A stretch of DNA of 64,000 nucleotides from Calditrichaceae bacterium (GTDB lineage: Bacteria; Calditrichota; Calditrichia; Calditrichales; JBFXGD01): contig JBFXLE010000001.1 of assembly GCA_050173015.1 (NCBI GenBank), positions 96,001 through 160,000 of the forward strand, read 5' to 3'. Position numbers and translations under genes: made by a program. Numbering within the stretch: position 1 is the first letter of the stretch; the number at the start of each line of letters is the position of its first letter. Of the stretch, positions 48,476 to 58,682 are shown piece after piece. The notes under the pieces were generated by a model. It was not told the origin of the DNA, searched no databases, and saw only the letters and a program-made list of their open reading frames with translations.

Positions 48476-50644
48476 ATGACTGATTCGGAAATGCTTCAAT
48501 TAATAGCCGGGGAACTGGAACTAAACCTTATCCAGGTAAAAAATACGGTGGAATTATTAGACACAGGGAATACGGTTCCATTCATTTCACGATACCGTAA
48601 AGAAGTCACCGGTTCACTGGATGAAAATCAGATACGTGATATTGAAGAGCGAATTCAATATTTAAGAGCTTTAGAAGCGCGAAAAGAAACGATCCTTAAA
48701 TCTATCGATGAGCAGGGAAAACTTACTCCGGAGTTAAAGGGAAAGATATTAAAGGCCCTGAAGTTGCAGGAAGTGGAAGATCTTTATCTGCCCTATAAGC
48801 CAAAGAAAAGAACACGCGCGACCGTTGCCAGGGAGAAGGGACTTCAACCGTTAGCGGATATGATACTAAATCAGGAAATCATTTCGGGCATTCCGGAAGA
48901 TTACGCCGCGCAGTACGTTAATCCCGATAAAGAAGTGAACACTGCCGAAGATGCCTTGAACGGGGCAATGGATATAGTCGCGGAAACGGTAAGTGATGAC
49001 GCCGATGTGCGAAAAGTAACCCGGAAAATCACATTTGATGACGGGTTGATTATTGTCGAAGGTAAAAAGATGCAGGAACGCACGCCATATGAGATGTATT
49101 ATGATTATTCCGAAGCTGTTTCAAAGATTCCACCGCATAGGATTCTGGCCATCAATCGGGGCGAAACAGAGGGAATTTTAAAAGTTTCATTCGATGTTCA
49201 GATAGAAAGAATAACGTCTGAAATCGAACACCTGTATATCAAAAATAAGGCGTCTATTTTTACGGAGCAGCTGAGTTTGGCCATAAAGGACAGCTACAAT
49301 CGCCTGGTGGCTCCTTCCATTTTTCGTGAAGTCCGGACGGCTTTGACTGAAAAAGCGGATGAACACGCGATTAGCGTATTTGCCACTAATTTAAAAAATC
49401 TGTTATTACAGCCGCCTGTGAGGGGAAAAATGATTATGGGGATCGATCCCGGTTTCAGGACCGGATCAAAGGTTGCCGTAATTGACAAAACCGGAAAATA
49501 TCTGGAAGGTACAACCATTTATCCTCATCCGCCGCAGCAGAAGTATTTTGAAGCAAAATCAACGGTTAGAAGTCTTGTCAATAAATATGGTGTCGATATC
49601 ATAGCTATCGGTAATGGAACGGCCAGCCGTGAGACGGAGCAGATGATTGCAGATGTCATTGCTGAAATGAAAGACGAAAAGAAGCTGTCATATATCATCG
49701 TCAGTGAAGCGGGAGCATCGGTCTATTCCGCTTCAAAGGTTGCTCAGGAAGAATTTCCTGATCTTGAAGCCAGCATGCGCGGAAATATTTCCATTGCCCG
49801 GCGATTGCTTGATCCGCTGGCAGAACTCGTAAAAATTGATCCGAAAAGCATCGGGGTCGGACTTTATCAGCATGATGTAAACCAGAGAAAACTGGCACAT
49901 ACATTGGGTCAGGTTGTTGAGTCAGGAGTGAATTCAGTCGGCGTGAATCTCAATACCGCTTCCGCATCCCTCTTAAGATATGTTTCGGGACTTACGAGCA
50001 GGACGGCTGAAAACATTGTAAAACACCGTGATAATAATGGCCCGTTCAGAGATAGAAGTGAGTTGAAGACCGTGGATGGGATTGGCGCCGTCGCGTTTGA
50101 ACAGGCCGCGGGATTTTTACGTATTCCCGATGGTGATAACTCACTGGACAATACTTCCATACACCCTGAATCATATAATGCCACAAAAATGATGCTCCAA
50201 AAATTCCAGATTTCGGACATAAGGGAGGAAGGCAAGAAGCTCAGATCTAAAATCAATAGCGAAAAAATAGAATTATCTGATTTGCTTGCAGAGCTTGGAA
50301 TCGGTGAGCCGACGTTCAGAGATATCCTTCTAAATCTGGAAAAACCCGGCCTGGATCCTCGTGACGAGATGCCCAAGCCGATACTTAAAAGCGATGTTTT
50401 AAAAATGGAAGATCTCAAAGAAGGAATGGTTCTTAAAGGGACGGTTCGCAATGTTGTTGATTTTGGGGCGTTTGTCGATATTGGCGTCAAACAGGATGGA
50501 CTGGTTCATATCAGCCGCATGGCCAAGCGCTATGTAAAAAATCCCATGGAAGTGTTGGCCGTGGGTGATGTAATAGATGTGAAGGTGGTGTCTATCGACT
50601 TTGAACGGGGTCGCATCGGGTTGACAACGGTCCTGGAAGATTAA
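48476..50644 (+). CDS. tex: Tex-family RNA-binding transcriptional accessory protein
   Basis: TVPFISRYRKEVTG, EDLYLPYK.KKRTRA, GIDPGFRTGSK, GNGTASRE, DPKSIGVG.YQHDV and an S1 domain. ATG at 48476 follows GAGG. Confidence 0.95.
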   Translation: MTDSEMLQLIAGELELNLIQVKNTVELLDTGNTVPFISRYRKEVTGSLDENQIRDIEERIQYLRALEARKETILKSIDEQGKLTPELKGKILKALKLQEVEDLYLPYKPKKRTRATVAREKGLQPLADMILNQEIISGIPEDYAAQYVNPDKEVNTAEDALNGAMDIVAETVSDDADVRKVTRKITFDDGLIIVEGKKMQERTPYEMYYDYSEAVSKIPPHRILAINRGETEGILKVSFDVQIERITSEIEHLYIKNKASIFTEQLSLAIKDSYNRLVAPSIFREVRTALTEKADEHAISVFATNLKNLLLQPPVRGKMIMGIDPGFRTGSKVAVIDKTGKYLEGTTIYPHPPQQKYFEAKSTVRSLVNKYGVDIIAIGNGTASRETEQMIADVIAEMKDEKKLSYIIVSEAGASVYSASKVAQEEFPDLEASMRGNISIARRLLDPLAELVKIDPKSIGVGLYQHDVNQRKLAHTLGQVVESGVNSVGVNLNTASASLLRYVSGLTSRTAENIVKHRDNNGPFRDRSELKTVDGIGAVAFEQAAGFLRIPDGDNSLDNTSIHPESYNATKMMLQKFQISDIREEGKKLRSKINSEKIELSDLLAELGIGEPTFRDILLNLEKPGLDPRDEMPKPILKSDVLKMEDLKEGMVLKGTVRNVVDFGAFVDIGVKQDGLVHISRMAKRYVKNPMEVLAVGDVIDVKVVSIDFERGRIGLTTVLED

Positions 50645-50678
50645 AAAAAAAGACTCACGAGTGCGTGAGTCTTTTTTT
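50643..50678. terminator. Bidirectional intrinsic terminator
   Basis: AAAAAAAGACTCACG-agtg-CGTGAGTCTTTTTTT. Confidence 0.85.
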
Positions 50679-50686
50679 AAGATGCA

Positions 50687-51064
50687 TCAGGATTCATTAA
50701 TCAGTTCCTGAACCATATCTTTCAGTTGAGTGATTGTAAACGGCTTTTTCAAAAAACGTTGTCGGGTGTTCATGGGAGTGTCCGCAAACGACTGGTCATT
50801 TTCAAATCCGGACATAAAGATCGCGAGAGCATCCGGCAGGAATTTCTCGACCTGCTTATAAGTCTCCTCTCCAGACATATTGGGCATATACATATCAATT
50901 AACAGCAAACCGATTTCTTCCTTGTGTTTGGAAACAAGCTCAATTGCTTCAAATCCGCTGCTTGCCTGGAAAGATGTAATATCCATTAAGGACAACACTT
51001 CTGCTATTATTTCCCGAAGCGCTTCTTCATCATCCACAATTAAAGCTATTTTAACGTCGCGCAA
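50687..51064 (-). CDS. Single-domain response regulator (receiver only)
   Basis: LIVDDE, LLIDMYMPNMSG, MSG and FLKKPF. Confidence 0.88.
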   Translation of the reverse strand: MRDVKIALIVDDEEALREIIAEVLSLMDITSFQASSGFEAIELVSKHKEEIGLLLIDMYMPNMSGEETYKQVEKFLPDALAIFMSGFENDQSFADTPMNTRQRFLKKPFTITQLKDMVQELINES

Positions 51065-51211
51065 AAGTTGCTACCTATATAATTAAACTTATTATAAACA
51101 GATATTATATTCTTTTGAATTTTTCAAAATTAAGTGAAAAAGTAATTATATCCAAATTTGATTACCTAAAATCCGAAATAATTATACCCGAACCAATCAG
51201 TTCAATGTTTA

Positions 51212-53371
51212 TTATTTTTCACTCATAGTTGTCACACCATCCCAATCCGGACTGGGGCTCGTAAATTTGAAATCAATACATCTTTTTCGATACATTTGAG
51301 ACGGATAATCCTCAGGGACCAATTTGAGACAATATTCAAACAAATCTATGGCCTCTTTCCAGTTTTGTTTTCTGTATTCTATGATTCCTTTATGATATAA
51401 TTCAAGCATTTCCAGATAATTTTGATTCAGAGAAGCGCTTCTTTCGGCGATTAATTCGAAAACCTCAATCGGTTTCTGTTTTCCTTTTACTCTTATCAGA
51501 TCAAGGGGACGTGTAAAAAAATCGTTTTTTATAATGTCATGCGTGAATTCACTGATCATAATTTCCGTCCCGTAAAATTTGTTCGCGCCTTCCAGACGGG
51601 AACCTAAATTGACGTGATCACCCATGACGGTATAATCAAAAACATTTTTTGATCCCATATTCCCAACGATAACTTCACCGGTATTAATTCCTATTCTGGC
51701 CCGGAGCATAGGTTTGTTTTCTTTTTTCCAGTCAGCGCGAAGTTTTTCCAGCTGACGCTGCATTTCAAGAGCAGCGACGCAGCCGGCTCTGGCGTGTTTC
51801 TCATAAAAAACAGGCACCCCAAATTCTGCCATGATCGCGTCACCTTCATATTTATCAATAATTCCGTCATTCTTCAGAACAATATCTGTCATCGATGTGA
51901 GATATTCGTTCAGCAATGATACAAGCTGCCGTGGGGATAGTTTTTCGGAAATGGTTGTAAATCCCACCACATCAGAGAACAGAACAGTCACAACGCGCTC
52001 TTCGCCGCCGAGTGTTAATTTATCGGGATTATTGATGATATCCTGTACCACTTTTTCAGGAACATAATGCGCAAATGCTCCCCGCAAGACGCGTTTTTCG
52101 CGCTGGGACAACAGATACTGATAAACGGTATTACCGACAAAGCTGAATAATATGACCAGTACCGGACTCACAACCTGCAGGAAAATATTAAACTGCTTAA
52201 AAGCGAATACTGAGATAAGGACATACCCGATGGTTACAACGATGGTCACAAACAAGCCCCAGGTTGTATGAACAAAGCGTGTAATAAAAAACACACCGAC
52301 GGCCAAAATAAACATAATCAAAAGACTGACGCTTAAAGACGGCGTTATCAGATAATTATTTTCAAGAATGGCAAGTATGGCATTTGCATGAATTTCCACT
52401 CCCGGCATTTCGGTTTTTACCTGTGCTCCTTCCGCTGAATAATGTTCGAGAAACGGGGTGGGAAAATTATCATGAAGTTCATGCATCGTCGATCCGATGA
52501 GCACGATTTTATCTTTAAATTTTCCTGAATATTTTAGACCCGCCGGAATGCCCAGTTCCGGGTCACCGGGATCATCAAATGAATCAATGTCATACTCGTC
52601 CCGAAGATCAAAATCTTCATCGTCAAGAATGCTGTCAAAGGAATAATAAGGGAACGTAAACGCCGGGCCTTTATAATTAATCAGGAAGCTGTTTGGATCG
52701 TATTTTGGAATCTTATATCCGGACAAATAGAAAAAATTTTTATCCGTTTTTAAGGCATTGGATTTGTTAGTTCCTTCCTTCGCGCGAATCATCTGCGCGG
52801 CAAAAGAAGGCAATAAAGAGTCGTTGTATTGTTGACCGACAAGGTAGCGTCTGTAAAAACCATCAATATCCGCCTCTATAGCCACCAGACCCCAGGAGGT
52901 GTTGCCGGATAAAAATTTCTCGTAAGGCGGAATGATGGTTGTGTATGTATAATTCTGTGAAGTCTGGAGCAGTTTTCCCACCAGAACCACATTATCATAT
53001 AACGAGAGTACGCGTGTAAGTTCATCATCCTGATCAGGACCGTATTTATCAGGTTGATCAAAAATAACATCGACTCCGATCGCTGCGGCCCCCGCTTCTT
53101 CAAGGTTCTCAATAACGTGAGCAAAATAAGATCGCGGCCACGGCCAGCGGTGTGGTGTCGATTCGTCAGACTGGTCATCAATTCCAACGATCACCACCGG
53201 ACTGTCCTCAAGAGATTCAGGTCCGCGCAGCGCGAAACGCAGATCCAGAAGCTTTAGTTCAAGAGTCTGAAATGTGGTGGTATAGCTTAAAAGAAAAGCC
53301 AGAGACACCGACAATACTATAACAAGGAGAAAAATAAAAGGATTATATTTAGACATTGATGTTTTCATCAT
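51212..53371 (-). CDS. CHASE2-domain membrane class III adenylate cyclase with C-terminal TPR-like segment
   Basis: CHASE2 (IDD.S...RWPWPR, D.DG..RR, KIVLIG, PTP, MPGVEIHAN), 3 TM helices, and a cyclase domain (LFSDVVGFT, DKYEGDAIMA, YTVMGDHVNLGSRLE). The Lys/Thr specificity residues indicate ATP as substrate. Confidence 0.93.
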   Translation of the reverse strand: MMKTSMSKYNPFIFLLVIVLSVSLAFLLSYTTTFQTLELKLLDLRFALRGPESLEDSPVVIVGIDDQSDESTPHRWPWPRSYFAHVIENLEEAGAAAIGVDVIFDQPDKYGPDQDDELTRVLSLYDNVVLVGKLLQTSQNYTYTTIIPPYEKFLSGNTSWGLVAIEADIDGFYRRYLVGQQYNDSLLPSFAAQMIRAKEGTNKSNALKTDKNFFYLSGYKIPKYDPNSFLINYKGPAFTFPYYSFDSILDDEDFDLRDEYDIDSFDDPGDPELGIPAGLKYSGKFKDKIVLIGSTMHELHDNFPTPFLEHYSAEGAQVKTEMPGVEIHANAILAILENNYLITPSLSVSLLIMFILAVGVFFITRFVHTTWGLFVTIVVTIGYVLISVFAFKQFNIFLQVVSPVLVILFSFVGNTVYQYLLSQREKRVLRGAFAHYVPEKVVQDIINNPDKLTLGGEERVVTVLFSDVVGFTTISEKLSPRQLVSLLNEYLTSMTDIVLKNDGIIDKYEGDAIMAEFGVPVFYEKHARAGCVAALEMQRQLEKLRADWKKENKPMLRARIGINTGEVIVGNMGSKNVFDYTVMGDHVNLGSRLEGANKFYGTEIMISEFTHDIIKNDFFTRPLDLIRVKGKQKPIEVFELIAERSASLNQNYLEMLELYHKGIIEYRKQNWKEAIDLFEYCLKLVPEDYPSQMYRKRCIDFKFTSPSPDWDGVTTMSEK

Positions 53372-53392
53372 TCAAACCTATGGGTGATTGAT

Positions 53393-53421
53393 AAAAAATA
53401 AAGGTTCCCTTTCGGGAACCC
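53393..53421 (-). terminator. Intrinsic terminator-like hairpin between the barrel gene and the cyclase gene
   Basis: Minus strand GGTTCCC-GAAA-GGGAACC-TTTATTTTTT. Confidence 0.7.
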
Positions 53422-53434
53422 ATGTCATTAGATG

Positions 53435-55801
53435 TTAAAAGTTTATTTCATAGCGCGTACTAAGAATCGAATCGGACCAGTCAGCGTTATCCCCGTAATC
53501 TATATAATCGTATCTGAGAGATAGATTTCCATAGGTCAGATTTCTCAAAGTCAGCCCGGTGGTGTAGTTGATACGGTTGTAATTTTCATCAAGTGTGCTG
53601 CTTGATGTCGTTATATCCTGCAGTGTTATGTTCAGGAACGGCCTAAGATCGCTTTCCATGACAGCATTTATGAGATTGTAATCCAAACCAATAAATATCT
53701 TATTGATATCGGTATTGCGTTCGGTGTCATTTTTTCCAAAAATGCTGGAGGACTGTGAATAGCTGAATTGTGTAGTGAGAGGAAATGAAAATTTATTGCG
53801 GATTCCGATACTGTAAAGAGTGAATTCCGATTGATTTGATTCGGTTGCCGCGTCATCTCTTAAAAAGTTGGAGGCACTAAAGGTGGCTGTATTTTCGACG
53901 CTGCCGGTTTTGAATTTATAGCTGGATGACAGGCCGATTCGTTGGGTGGAATTGTCTTCCGGGTAGAGCAGAGAATCCGAGGTAAGCGGATTTAAATCAT
54001 TTTTCCGGGATTGGTTTCCATAGGACAGAGTGACACTTGGCAGATTCTGCATGGGAAAATAGGAAATTGCTCCTCCAACATCCGTATTACTTGTTTGCGC
54101 GTTATCCTGATCGAGATTATCATCATATGCTTTGAAATAAATATTAAGATAAACCTGATTGCTTAAAAGACGAACATTGTCATTGATAAAAATCCCGCGG
54201 ATGCCTTTTAATAAATACGGATTTCCGGGAGTTGTGTAGTCAGGATCGATGCTCTTATATGTAAGCTTCAGGTTGTGTCTGAAATAATTAAGGCGCGTTT
54301 CGAACTGCATGGCGACACTCGGAATTGGAGCGAGGCCCTGACTGATCGTTAAAAAGCCTGTTTTTTCCATAAAATTCACAAATGATTCCGCCAGGTCTTT
54401 TTCTGAGCCGGTCAGATCATATCTGTCTGCCAGTGTATCAAAATCCACTTCGGTAGAGGCGTCGTTGTTTATGATGCTGGCATGAACACTGCCTATGAAT
54501 TGAATTCTGTGACCGTCAAAATCAAGGTTCAGGGTACTTCCCAGAGCTAACGCTTCGCGCGGATTCGCTCCATATTTAATGGAATTAGGATCATCTTTAC
54601 CATTAACCAGATCCAATCCCCAGCTCACGTGAGAGCCAAATTTAAACTCCGGTCTGATGCTGAAAAAGGATTGCTCATAACTTCCATACTGGGAGATCCT
54701 GTTTTCATCTGAATTATAGACACCTTCAACCGCCCTTGCTGTCTGTCCAACACTTATATCAAGGTTAAAGTACTTCAGGTTCACACCCATGCCTAACCCG
54801 AGAACTCTCCGGTCCCAGAAAGCAAGCGGATCATAGTAGGCGGTAAAATCCCCCCCCTTTAAATAAATATTGGAATTTTCCCAAAAATTATAGCGCAGGC
54901 GGATTCCAAACCGGTTTTCAGCCTGGCTGTTATAGCTCTCTTCCGAGCTCATCAGACCCGATGCGCCAATATCAAATGCGTTGTAACTCCCGTTAAAATC
55001 AAATCCACCCCGGAAAAAATTATCGGAAGATTCAGAAATATTCTGGTAACGGTTGTCGATAAAAATATTTGTGCGTGAGGTGAAACCGGTTTGCCCGGTG
55101 ATTGTTTCGTTAATTTTAAATGACCAGTTTTTTTGCGCGAGAAGATTACCGTTTTGATCATACACTTTAAATTCGGCGTCATGTGGTCCGGAACGGATTG
55201 ATTTTGGAAGAAAAGTGTATAAATTTTCCTCTCTTATCAATAAAGTTGATACATTAATCCCGTCAATTAACAGGCGCGTACGGGTAAAATCCACAAGATC
55301 GGGATCGAACGGGATCGACACGGCAATCATAAATTCATCTTCGCTGACCGCTTCAAAAGGCTCCGGGCTAAGCAAAAGAAGTTCATAGGGGGTAGAAGCC
55401 GGACCCGTCTGCTGTACCTCCTGCGGAGCAATCTCCATACGGAACGGATTGACATCAGGAGTATACTCAGGGAGGGACAGGACCTCACCTGACGCATCTT
55501 CAAACGCAAAATAGTATTCCACGGCACCGGAATGAATTTTCTCCGTTGGGAGATCGGCATAGAGGCTAAATCCGTCATTTTTAAGTTTGACAGAGCTAAA
55601 TTCATGTTCTCCCTGGCCTCTGTAAAGCAGAGTAGCATTATAGAGGCGCTCCTGCCGGTCAAGTATTCTTATCTCCAGATGCGCGATTTCGCCGTTGATG
55701 ACAGGATCCGGAACATCGTGAGAGAGCTGCCTGGAAAGCGATCCGGCCGAAACGATCTGAAAGAAAAATACGATGAATACGAATATTAAAAGATTCTTCA
55801 T
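53435..55801 (-). CDS. Exported hypothetical protein: N-terminal Ig-like domains and a probable C-terminal outer-membrane beta-barrel
   Basis: Signal peptide after an AGGAG RBS (ATG 55801). The C-terminal two-thirds is made of alternating amphipathic beta-strands and ends in ..TRYEINF (BAM beta-signal-like). Confidence 0.65.
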   Translation of the reverse strand: MKNLLIFVFIVFFFQIVSAGSLSRQLSHDVPDPVINGEIAHLEIRILDRQERLYNATLLYRGQGEHEFSSVKLKNDGFSLYADLPTEKIHSGAVEYYFAFEDASGEVLSLPEYTPDVNPFRMEIAPQEVQQTGPASTPYELLLLSPEPFEAVSEDEFMIAVSIPFDPDLVDFTRTRLLIDGINVSTLLIREENLYTFLPKSIRSGPHDAEFKVYDQNGNLLAQKNWSFKINETITGQTGFTSRTNIFIDNRYQNISESSDNFFRGGFDFNGSYNAFDIGASGLMSSEESYNSQAENRFGIRLRYNFWENSNIYLKGGDFTAYYDPLAFWDRRVLGLGMGVNLKYFNLDISVGQTARAVEGVYNSDENRISQYGSYEQSFFSIRPEFKFGSHVSWGLDLVNGKDDPNSIKYGANPREALALGSTLNLDFDGHRIQFIGSVHASIINNDASTEVDFDTLADRYDLTGSEKDLAESFVNFMEKTGFLTISQGLAPIPSVAMQFETRLNYFRHNLKLTYKSIDPDYTTPGNPYLLKGIRGIFINDNVRLLSNQVYLNIYFKAYDDNLDQDNAQTSNTDVGGAISYFPMQNLPSVTLSYGNQSRKNDLNPLTSDSLLYPEDNSTQRIGLSSSYKFKTGSVENTATFSASNFLRDDAATESNQSEFTLYSIGIRNKFSFPLTTQFSYSQSSSIFGKNDTERNTDINKIFIGLDYNLINAVMESDLRPFLNITLQDITTSSSTLDENYNRINYTTGLTLRNLTYGNLSLRYDYIDYGDNADWSDSILSTRYEINF

Positions 55802-55827
55802 GATAATCTCCTGACGCAAGGAATTGA

Positions 55828-56511
55828 CTACTTAATTTTCTTCGCCTTGAATTTCAATGTTTTTCTTTGTCCCTGTTCATTTTGAAATTCAAATTCAAAT
55901 TCATCGATTGATTCTTCATCATCATCGAGCTGCGGTTTTTCGCCCGGCTTTGTTTTACGTACGATCGGTTTGGCGTTCAGCGAGCTGACATAACCTGTTT
56001 CACCTTCTCTCAACAAGGCCGAACCTTTTTCATTGCTCAGTTCAACAACACCGTCTTCTCCGAAATAAAAAGTCCCCCCCTTAAATTCCTGAACCGTCCA
56101 AAAAATGGTGCCCTTCACAGAGGCGACGGATGTTGGAGTGGATACCCGGTATGATGCTTTTTGACTGGTTATTTTTGAAAATATAGTACCAACTTCGACA
56201 AAAATATTTTTTGCGATTCCCGCGTCTTCTTTGGTTGTATTGATAACGCATGTAGAGTTAGGGCGAATTCGCACGAGACTGGCGTCATCAATAAATTTGA
56301 TTGCTATGTAGCCATCTTTTCCCGTGACAACCTGGTCGCCGGATTCAAGACGGTAGCCGCGTTTAATCTTAGAATCTATTTTCGAGTCAGCTGTTTTTAC
56401 ACTGATACTGCCCTTTGACTTTATAACAACGGCAACAGGATTGGCTGAAAATGACAGGCCAACCGCAAGCAAAAGGATGATAGAAATAAAATTGATTTTT
56501 AAGTTCTTCAT
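55828..56511 (-). CDS. Exported FecR-domain protein
   Basis: Signal peptide, L.SGDQVVTG.DG...F.DD.S.VRIRPNS and VSTPTSVASVKGT.F, followed by an acidic linker and short C-terminal module. Confidence 0.85.
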   Translation of the reverse strand: MKNLKINFISIILLLAVGLSFSANPVAVVIKSKGSISVKTADSKIDSKIKRGYRLESGDQVVTGKDGYIAIKFIDDASLVRIRPNSTCVINTTKEDAGIAKNIFVEVGTIFSKITSQKASYRVSTPTSVASVKGTIFWTVQEFKGGTFYFGEDGVVELSNEKGSALLREGETGYVSSLNAKPIVRKTKPGEKPQLDDDEESIDEFEFEFQNEQGQRKTLKFKAKKIK

Positions 56512-56521
56512 ATCCAGCCCC

Positions 56522-57625
56522 TTAGTTACTGCTTTGTAAAATTAAATCAAGAATTTCTACTTTTTGGCCTTTGTATTTATTTATAAGCTCATAGAGCTCC
56601 TGAGAAGTAATTTCCTGACCGTTTATCCGGACTGATTTTAAATAGTACTCCAGCAGACTTTTTGATATTTCATCCGCCTTTTCAGCGCCGACAAAATCCG
56701 CGAGCAGTTCTTCAATATCGCCTTTAATCAAAAAGTCCTGCATATTGGACATATTTGAAGGATCCATAAGTTTGAATTGCCAGACTTCACTGAACAGCGC
56801 GTCTTCACCGGCTGATGTGGGGATAAACGATCTTACAAGCCAGTAATATGTTTTGCCAAACTCCAGTGGAAGAGCGCCAATGGCGGGATATTGAACAGAA
56901 AGGGAAGATATTCTTTCCGACGCCCAGCTCGGCGTCATGTTCAATATGTCGTCAATTGTCTGAAGGCCCCGTCTTTTCTCAAAAACGAGTACCTGGTAAT
57001 CACCGCTTGTGCCGATCCATTGGAATAACGGAAATTCCATATAAATTTCTTCCGGGCTGCCGTATCCGATCAAATTACCGGGTGTGACAAGCTGAACTAA
57101 TGATGGATTAGTGATGCTAAAAAAGATTTTATCATCATGGAAATTTCCGGTCGGAGTGAATATATCGATACGCAAATTGTAGTTACCAACCGGCAGCCGG
57201 CCGGAGGAGAGCAAATCTCTTTGCAAATCATTCCCCGCTTCCTTTACACCGCTCTCATAAAATCGGACAGGAGACTGCCCGTTAAAATCAAATTGATTAT
57301 TGATAAGTACGATGTTATCTGTGGAGTAAGGCCCCCCCGCAGGAATCGTAAAATCACGCGATTTTGCCAGGAAAAGAGGATCAGAATCACGTGTGATCCT
57401 GATTTCCATTCTGCTGTTTGGGATTGCGGGTCCGGAATTTATAATGTCAACTTCAAATAATCTCTTGCCCTTGCCGGTCTGCATAAGGTCAAGATCAGAC
57501 AAGTAGACAGTTTTGTAGACATCCGTATCAAGCAAACGGATATTCAAATTAACCTGAGCTTCAGAAAAGGAAAAACTAAGCAGAATAATAGCTGCCACAA
57601 AGCTCTTCAGAATAGAATTCTTCAT
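56522..57625 (-). CDS. Exported hypothetical protein with Ig/FN3-like (DUF928-like) segment
   Basis: Signal peptide (..SEA|Q), LPVGNYNL, PLFQW..Y...V.E and PLEFGKTYYWLV. Confidence 0.6.
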   Translation of the reverse strand: MKNSILKSFVAAIILLSFSFSEAQVNLNIRLLDTDVYKTVYLSDLDLMQTGKGKRLFEVDIINSGPAIPNSRMEIRITRDSDPLFLAKSRDFTIPAGGPYSTDNIVLINNQFDFNGQSPVRFYESGVKEAGNDLQRDLLSSGRLPVGNYNLRIDIFTPTGNFHDDKIFFSITNPSLVQLVTPGNLIGYGSPEEIYMEFPLFQWIGTSGDYQVLVFEKRRGLQTIDDILNMTPSWASERISSLSVQYPAIGALPLEFGKTYYWLVRSFIPTSAGEDALFSEVWQFKLMDPSNMSNMQDFLIKGDIEELLADFVGAEKADEISKSLLEYYLKSVRINGQEITSQELYELINKYKGQKVEILDLILQSSN

Positions 57626-57860
57626 ATTTCGATCCTCCCGAATCTATGTATGAAAGGAAATATATGTTTATAAAAGATTTGGTTCATGATTAAAGTCACA
57701 TGTAATTGTATTAAAAAAAGAACTGCAAACTGTAAAAGGTTACAGCTATTTACATTTTAAATCAATCAAAGAAAAAAATATTTTCTTACATACTCTAAAA
57801 TGCATCAACCTGAATCTTGGTGGAATTATTAAATCGGAGTTCTGAATTTCCGGTTACCTA

Positions 57861-58682
57861 TTATAATCCGGAAAATATTTCTTCAACAATACCGGCAACC
57901 AGGGCCAGAAATTTCTCTTTTACACGGTTGGCGGTGATGGTCACTTCTTCGTGTGAAAGTTTTTCAGCGCTTATGCCGGTGGCAAAATTGGTGATACAGG
58001 AAATACCAATGACTTTAATTCCTGCCTGGGCAGATACGATAACTTCAGGTACAGTTGACATGCTTGCCGCGTCACCGCCGAATTTTTGAATCATTTTCAC
58101 TTCTGCCGCTGTTTCGTAAGTCGGTCCGGTGGATGTCCACAGTACACCTCGTTTGAGAGCGATATGATTTTCCAGGGCAATCCGGTCAACCAGATCGAAA
58201 TATTCGGTGGCATAGGCGTTGGACATTTCGGGGAATCGGGGGCCTCCATATTCAGCCGGTCCGGTGAGCGGAGACTGGAACATAAAATTAACCTGATCGG
58301 TGATCAGCATCAGGTCGCCCGGCACAAATCGTGGATTCACTGTGCCCGCGGCGTTTGTCACTAAGAGTACCTTGATCCCGAATGCCTGCATGATGCGGAC
58401 CACGAATGTCACTTCATCCTGAGTGTATCCTTCATAATAATGCGTGCGCCCCTGAACCGCCAGCAGTTCAACCCCCTGATGACTTCCAAATACAAGATAG
58501 CCTTCATGGCCGGCGACAGTTGATGTCGGATAATGAGGAATCTTGCTTGTGGGGATCTTTACTTTGTTTTCGAGCGTATCGGCGTAAGCCCCGAGACCGC
58601 TTCCAAGTATAACCCCTGCTTTTGGTTTCATTGATGTATAAGATAAAATAAATTTTTGCGCTTCTTTAATTTTCAAGTTCAT
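57861..58682 (-). CDS. punA: Purine-nucleoside phosphorylase (trimeric PNP I family)
   Basis: ILGSGLG, STVAGH.G, QGRTHYYEG, TNAAG, GPTYETAAE, MSTVPE, TN.A.G and LSHEEV. Confidence 0.93.
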   Translation of the reverse strand: MNLKIKEAQKFILSYTSMKPKAGVILGSGLGAYADTLENKVKIPTSKIPHYPTSTVAGHEGYLVFGSHQGVELLAVQGRTHYYEGYTQDEVTFVVRIMQAFGIKVLLVTNAAGTVNPRFVPGDLMLITDQVNFMFQSPLTGPAEYGGPRFPEMSNAYATEYFDLVDRIALENHIALKRGVLWTSTGPTYETAAEVKMIQKFGGDAASMSTVPEVIVSAQAGIKVIGISCITNFATGISAEKLSHEEVTITANRVKEKFLALVAGIVEEIFSGL

